A stretch of DNA of 64,000 bases from Candidatus Hodarchaeota archaeon (GTDB lineage: Archaea; Asgardarchaeota; Lokiarchaeia; Sigyniarchaeales; SOKP01). Position 1 is the first letter of the stretch. Each line of letters starts with the position of its first letter. The translations under genes and the position numbers were made by a program. A model generated the notes under the pieces. The model searched no databases, was not told where the DNA came from, and saw nothing but the letters and a program-made list of their open reading frames with translations. This document shows, in pieces, positions 59,311 to 64,000 of the stretch. Location: the NCBI GenBank assembly GCA_048887225.1, contig JBHLJY010000001.1, forward strand, positions 128,001 through 192,000, read 5' to 3'.

Positions 59311-59946
59311 TTAAACATAGAGAAGAATTCTAATGATATCAGCTATATCGTGGATACGGTCAGCAAGCTCTTCCAAAATCATAATGCTATCACGAATTTG
59401 TAGGAGTTTTCTTATATCTAAATTTTGATCTGAATATAAATCTGATAAAAAGCCTCTAAATATTGAATCAATATCGTTTTCAATCTCGTGAATTGTTGTT
59501 GTGTTATTAAAAACTTCTTGACGATTGTCTCGTAGGTTTTTGATAGCGAGTTTTAGAACATCAGACATTTTTATTATGTTGTTTATTAGTTTATGGTAGT
59601 TTTTTTTAAAACTGTCGCTTAACTTAGAATCTTTTAAAAATGTTAAAATATCAACAAATTCGAGAGCAAAATTTATCACGTTATCCATTTTCAAAACTAA
59701 AGCAATGTAATCTCCCATTCCTTGTGCTCCTATTTCAGCAAACTCTTTAATAATACGAATTTTTATATCATCAGCATCTTCTTCAGATAATATCATTTTA
59801 CTCCTTTTTTTTTCAAGTGATTCTTTATTTGCTTCATAGCTTTCTGCCCAACTAGTATAATAAACGCCCATATCGCTAATAACATTGTAAATTATACGAC
59901 TATGCTCAAGAAGCATTGTAATTATTTGTTCTTTTATTTTATTCAT
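59311..59946 (-). CDS. DUF47 / PhoU-like phosphate transport regulator
   Basis: EEDADD, MDNV.N, IENDIDS, LEELADRIHD helical-bundle motifs. Confidence 0.82.
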   Translation of the reverse strand: MNKIKEQIITMLLEHSRIIYNVISDMGVYYTSWAESYEANKESLEKKRSKMILSEEDADDIKIRIIKEFAEIGAQGMGDYIALVLKMDNVINFALEFVDILTFLKDSKLSDSFKKNYHKLINNIIKMSDVLKLAIKNLRDNRQEVFNNTTTIHEIENDIDSIFRGFLSDLYSDQNLDIRKLLQIRDSIMILEELADRIHDIADIIRILLYV

Positions 59947-60086
59947 TGGTAATCATTATGTATTTTTTAATTCTGTCTATAATAATATATACCTAAAAAA
60001 ATAAAAATAATATTTTTTAATCACATATTTTAATTAGGATAGTTTTTCATTAAATATTTCCATACTTTAAAGACGGTTAAAAAATA

Positions 60087-60788
60087 TTGGGTAAACTTAA
60101 AACTTATAACGAAATAACCGGCTATGCAAAAATTATAAGAAGGTATTTTGTGAATAACTTTTATGATGGAATGTTAACGATCCTAGGTATCCTTCTGGGC
60201 TTTTTTGTGATATTGCTTAACGATCCCGGTAATCCGATCCAATCTAATTACGTTATATTAACGGGATTGGGAACTTCAATTTCTATGTTAATATCTGGCA
60301 TCTCTGGATCGTATCTTTCAGAAAGGGCAGAACAAAAAAAAGATCAGAAAGAGTTAGAGCAGGCTATGGGAATTCAACTTGAAGTAGAAAAATTAATTGA
60401 TGATTTAGATGAAAATGAGATTAACAAAGCTATGGTTATACCGCCTAATAATGTAAAAAAAAAATTTTTTATAAAAAGGAAAATAAGAAGAGAGAAGCCT
60501 AAAACTATTCATGAAAAAGCTGAACGTTTTACGGGATTTATAGTTTCTTTAGTTAATGGGATAAGTCCATTTCTAGGAGGATTAGTCGCTATAATACCTT
60601 TTTTTTTTGTAGCAGAGGCAGGAATTGCGAGTTTTATTACTTCTTTTGTAATAATTTTTATTTGTATTATTTTCTTAGGAACATTTCTAGGTATGATCTC
60701 GAAAGAATCTATACCTAAAAACATATTACAAATGCTAGTGGCATTCACTCTAACAATTATTATTACTATTTTGTTTTTGGGAGGTTGA
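60087..60788 (+). CDS. VIT1/CCC1-like membrane protein
   Basis: RRYFVNNFYDG.L..LG, SG.SGSYLSERAE; five hydrophobic segments. Confidence 0.82.
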   Translation: MGKLKTYNEITGYAKIIRRYFVNNFYDGMLTILGILLGFFVILLNDPGNPIQSNYVILTGLGTSISMLISGISGSYLSERAEQKKDQKELEQAMGIQLEVEKLIDDLDENEINKAMVIPPNNVKKKFFIKRKIRREKPKTIHEKAERFTGFIVSLVNGISPFLGGLVAIIPFFFVAEAGIASFITSFVIIFICIIFLGTFLGMISKESIPKNILQMLVAFTLTIIITILFLGG

Positions 60789-60930
60789 TTTTATTTTTTT
60801 AAATAATATATTTCATATTCTATTGAGATTGAGAAGTTTTAATAAAAATATTTTACTTCACTAAAAAATTATTGAATTTAGAATTCGGCCTAAATAAATA
60901 GAATTTGTTGATACAATTAGGAAGTTAAAA

Positions 60931-61707
60931 TTGAAAACTATAGGAGTAGATATCGGATCTTTAGTAACTAAGATTGTTCTTTTAGACAATAGTAATATGA
61001 TTGACTTTCGGATTGACCGTTCTACATTCGATTTTAAAAGAATTGGTCATAATTTATTTGATGACATTTTAAATAAAAATAACTTAAAAAGATCTGATGT
61101 TTATGTAATGTCAACAGGGTATGGACGAAATACTATAGATATCGCTGATGACAGAATTACAGAAATTACAGCTCATGCGAAAGGTGCTCAGTATTTTTTT
61201 CCTGAAGTACATTCTGTCATAGATATAGGAGGTCAAGATAGTAAGGCAATTTTAATTTCTAAAAAAACGGGAAATGTCGTCGATTTTCAAATGAACGACA
61301 AGTGCGCAGCAGGAACTGGCAGATTTTTAGAAGTAATGGCCCATGCTCTTGAAGTGCCAATAGAAGAAATAGGAGAACTAGCTTTAAATTCGAAAAAACC
61401 AGCTGCAATAAGTTCTACGTGTACTGTCTTCGCTGAGAGCGAAGTGATTTCACTTTTCGCCAGAGGCGCTTCCAAAACGGATATTGCTGCAGGAATTCAC
61501 AAATCTATAGCAAGAAGAGTAGCAGGAATGGCTAAACGTATCGGAGTTGCACCAACATTAATTTTTTGTGGTGGAGTGGCTAAAAATGTAGCAGTTAAAA
61601 AATACCTAGAAATAGAGCTTGGCTTCGAAATTATTGCACCTAAATATCCTCAACTTACAGGAGCGATCGGAGCTGCTTTAATTGGACAAGAAAATCAGAA
61701 AAAATAA
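60931..61707 (+). CDS. 2-hydroxyacyl-CoA dehydratase activase (HgdC/BadF ASKHA ATPase)
   Basis: GVDIGS..TK, STGYGR, IDIGGQDSK, MNDKCAAGTGRFLE, STCTVFAESEVIS, GGVAKN, GAIGAAL. Confidence 0.95.
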   Translation: MKTIGVDIGSLVTKIVLLDNSNMIDFRIDRSTFDFKRIGHNLFDDILNKNNLKRSDVYVMSTGYGRNTIDIADDRITEITAHAKGAQYFFPEVHSVIDIGGQDSKAILISKKTGNVVDFQMNDKCAAGTGRFLEVMAHALEVPIEEIGELALNSKKPAAISSTCTVFAESEVISLFARGASKTDIAAGIHKSIARRVAGMAKRIGVAPTLIFCGGVAKNVAVKKYLEIELGFEIIAPKYPQLTGAIGAALIGQENQKK

Positions 61708-61759
61708 TCTTTTTTCTGCTAAATTTTGATTTAATAGATTCTTTACTTAATTATGTACT

Positions 61760-62488
61760 TTAAGTTGGGGGCCTCATACTCCAATATGCTAGGAATGCAC
61801 CGACGATCATCAAGAATCTGACAATAAAAAGGAAATGCTCGTGTGGTCTGATAACAGAACCTAATATCACAGTATCAAGTAAAATACAAGGGCCTACTAT
61901 AAACGCGGCTAGGATGATAAACCCCGCCCTTTTTTTCAAGTCGCCAGCGGTCATTTTTCTGAACCTGTTGAATCCGATTGCAGTAATTACGGCTACAAAC
62001 GAAACCTCCACCCATAATAAATAATAAAAAATTGTTTTCTGATTAATCCAGTCGTCGTATATCTCGCCTTTGGGAACATCGGGGCAGACAACTACTTGCT
62101 GGAAAGTAGTGTATAAAAATATATAGTAAACAATAGAAAGGACCAGAAATCCGCTAATTATGATTTTTTTAGATTTCGGAGAACCAAACACATCCCAAGT
62201 AAAAAGAATTATTGATATTGCTCCAAATGGAATTGTAGAATATGAAAAATAACTTATTACTCCTTTGACCCATGGCAAATTACGACCATATATCGCAACA
62301 GAGAGAAATGTTATGGTAATTCCAGTCCATCCTAGTGCGATTGCAGCTAAAAAGGTAAAAAGATTAATATGCCGCTTATGTCTTGTTTTAAAATAGAATT
62401 TTAATGATAGAAGTGCCATAATCCAAGCAGAACAAATTAACAAAAACGCACTAAGCCCATTTAACCAAGTTAATATTTGATTTGTCAT
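61760..62488 (-). CDS. Seven-TM membrane protein, hypothetical
   Basis: About 7 hydrophobic segments, no soluble domain. Confidence 0.78.
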   Translation of the reverse strand: MTNQILTWLNGLSAFLLICSAWIMALLSLKFYFKTRHKRHINLFTFLAAIALGWTGITITFLSVAIYGRNLPWVKGVISYFSYSTIPFGAISIILFTWDVFGSPKSKKIIISGFLVLSIVYYIFLYTTFQQVVVCPDVPKGEIYDDWINQKTIFYYLLWVEVSFVAVITAIGFNRFRKMTAGDLKKRAGFIILAAFIVGPCILLDTVILGSVIRPHEHFLFIVRFLMIVGAFLAYWSMRPPT

Positions 62489-62585
62489 TTTAATAAAAGT
62501 ATAATTTATTTTGATTAATAATTTAAACTTATATATTTAAAAAGATTTCTATTTTTAGTTTATTACTATGGACAGCCTATATCTT

Positions 62586-63443
62586 TTATTTTAAAAACCA
62601 ATTCCATCTAATGTAATTATCAAAATCAAAGATCTTTGAGAAGTCAACTTCAGAATAATATTGAACTATCTTGATTAAAAATCTCAAATATAAATCGCTA
62701 ATTTTTTGATTATATTTCTCAGTTAAAAAATTACTCATTAATTTTGGAGTTAATTCTGAAGTCTTATCATAATTTTTTAAGTATAATTCAACGTCTTTTG
62801 ATAATTTATACGCTTTTGAAATTTCGTTTTTTAATATAATTAAGCTTGTCTGTGGATCTTGTTCGGCTAAAAATTTTTGAACAATAATCCGTTCTATTTT
62901 AGTCCATTTTGATAAAATCTTTTCTTTATCTTTAATTATTTTATCTTTACCAATTACTATATAGCCCTTGTATTTTTTTTTATCTTTTTTATAATTTTTT
63001 TCTTGTTTTATCGAAATATCGATATCAAAAGTATCTTGAAAGATAAATTTAAAGAAATTCATAATATGAGGATTTAATAAACTTAAATCATTTAATACAA
63101 GTATTTTTTTTCTGAAAAAGCAAGCTCGTAGAATATAAGTCAGCAAGAGAGCGTTTAGATTTAACGTGAGTAAATACACATCAATGGTATCTTTATCAGG
63201 AATTTTATCTTCTGTTATTTGTTCTATTTCAATCTGAGGAAGTTCAATCGTAAAATCCGTTATAAAACAATCTCTCACATTAAAATTTTTATCAATATAA
63301 GCAATAAAGGAATGTTTACAGATAAGGTCTTCAGCAACATTAATTGCAGAGACACCTCGTTTGCTTTGAATTATAAGATTCTCTTCTACTTCCAATTTAC
63401 CTTTTTTTGTACATTCAGGGCAATGAATTTCGACTTTTACCAT
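62586..63443 (-). CDS. Hypothetical protein with N-terminal CxxC...CxH zinc site
   Basis: CPEC...ICKHSFIAYID.NF.VR. Confidence 0.75.
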   Translation of the reverse strand: MVKVEIHCPECTKKGKLEVEENLIIQSKRGVSAINVAEDLICKHSFIAYIDKNFNVRDCFITDFTIELPQIEIEQITEDKIPDKDTIDVYLLTLNLNALLLTYILRACFFRKKILVLNDLSLLNPHIMNFFKFIFQDTFDIDISIKQEKNYKKDKKKYKGYIVIGKDKIIKDKEKILSKWTKIERIIVQKFLAEQDPQTSLIILKNEISKAYKLSKDVELYLKNYDKTSELTPKLMSNFLTEKYNQKISDLYLRFLIKIVQYYSEVDFSKIFDFDNYIRWNWFLK

Positions 63444-63726
63444 GGACTTTTCGAGATTTTATTTTATATTAAATATGATTCGTAATATATTTAGATTCAA
63501 TTTTTAAAATCTAAGTATATTAAAAAAGTCTGCATTTATATAATGAATACACATTTTAATTTAAAAAAATCTAGATACGTAAAAAGAATAAGAGAGTATG
63601 ACTTTCTTATTGAATTAAAAATTGTACAATTTATTAAAATGAATAAATACTCTTTTTCTAATACTATTTAACATATTATTTCAAAGCTCATAAATTTTAA
63701 TAAAAATAATGTACTTAAATCAGAGA

Positions 63727-64000
63727 ATGACGAATTTAGAATTATTATCGAAATATTATACTTATTTAAAGGCTAAAAAAGCAGAAGGAAATAAAATTAT
63801 TGCTTACATGGCCCACGATAATATCCCAGAGGAATTAATTGATGCTGCTGGTTTTGTCCCTCTGAAGATGATATTTGCGGGAAATGACGAATTAATGAAT
63901 TCAAGCCATGATTATTTACCTCCATCAACTTGTAGTTTTGCACAGAGTTCTATAGGTTTATTTACTCAAAAGCCAGCGGGCTTTAATTTTTTGGAATTAA
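63727..64000 (+). CDS. 2-hydroxyacyl-CoA dehydratase subunit (HgdAB/FldBC family), truncated by the window end
   Basis: Not in the track; MTNLELLSKYYTYLKAKKAEGNKIIAYMAHDNIPEELIDAAGFVPL...YLPPSTCSFAQSSIG; alternative in-frame ATG at 63709. Confidence 0.85.
   Translation, partial: MTNLELLSKYYTYLKAKKAEGNKIIAYMAHDNIPEELIDAAGFVPLKMIFAGNDELMNSSHDYLPPSTCSFAQSSIGLFTQKPAGFNFLEL

Noticed and set aside
1-64000. Mobile elements, defence systems, rRNA/tRNA genes and selenoprotein read-through
   Set aside because: No transposase, integrase, RT or nuclease motifs, terminal repeats, tRNA cloverleaves or split ORFs joined by TGA were seen by eye; tRNAscan-SE and Infernal would be needed to exclude short RNAs

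Overview
AT-rich (about 30% GC by eye), gene-dense archaeal chromosomal segment, most consistent with an Asgard archaeon (Lokiarchaeia/Promethearchaeota). Support: archaeal RadA, EndA, CdhA and an MtrH-like protein; GGTG(A) Shine-Dalgarno sites; many TTG starts; and several eukaryotic-signature-type proteins (Rab-like, Rag-like and Arf-like small GTPases, longin-like domains, a V4R/Bet3-like protein, a vWA-RING-RING protein). I found no rRNA, tRNA, CRISPR array, integrase or transposase. The window holds catabolic and redox enzymes (PEPCK, CocE hydrolase, M28 peptidase, haloalkane-dehalogenase-like, AOR, OYE, SDR, Isf, Fe-S proteins), an alpha-glucan gene set in two blocks (GH57 amylase/glucanotransferase + maltokinase; GalT-like + NDP-sugar synthase + GH57 branching enzyme + catalytically degenerate phosphomutase), a signalling-type block at 34-45 kb, and housekeeping genes. 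Best leads: (1) two unannotated tandem paralogous microproteins of 46 and 48 aa at 25.5-26.0 kb; (2) genes that appear to start at ATA/ATT codons behind good SD sites; (3) a maltokinase-containing glucan pathway with no GlgE/TreS in the window and two enzymes with altered active sites; (4) a p44/Ssl1-like vWA-RING-RING gene divergent from an HhH-Rag-like GTPase gene; (5) a longin-like-GTPase plus V4R/Bet3 gene pair reminiscent of TRAPP. All family calls come from motif recognition by eye; no searches were run.
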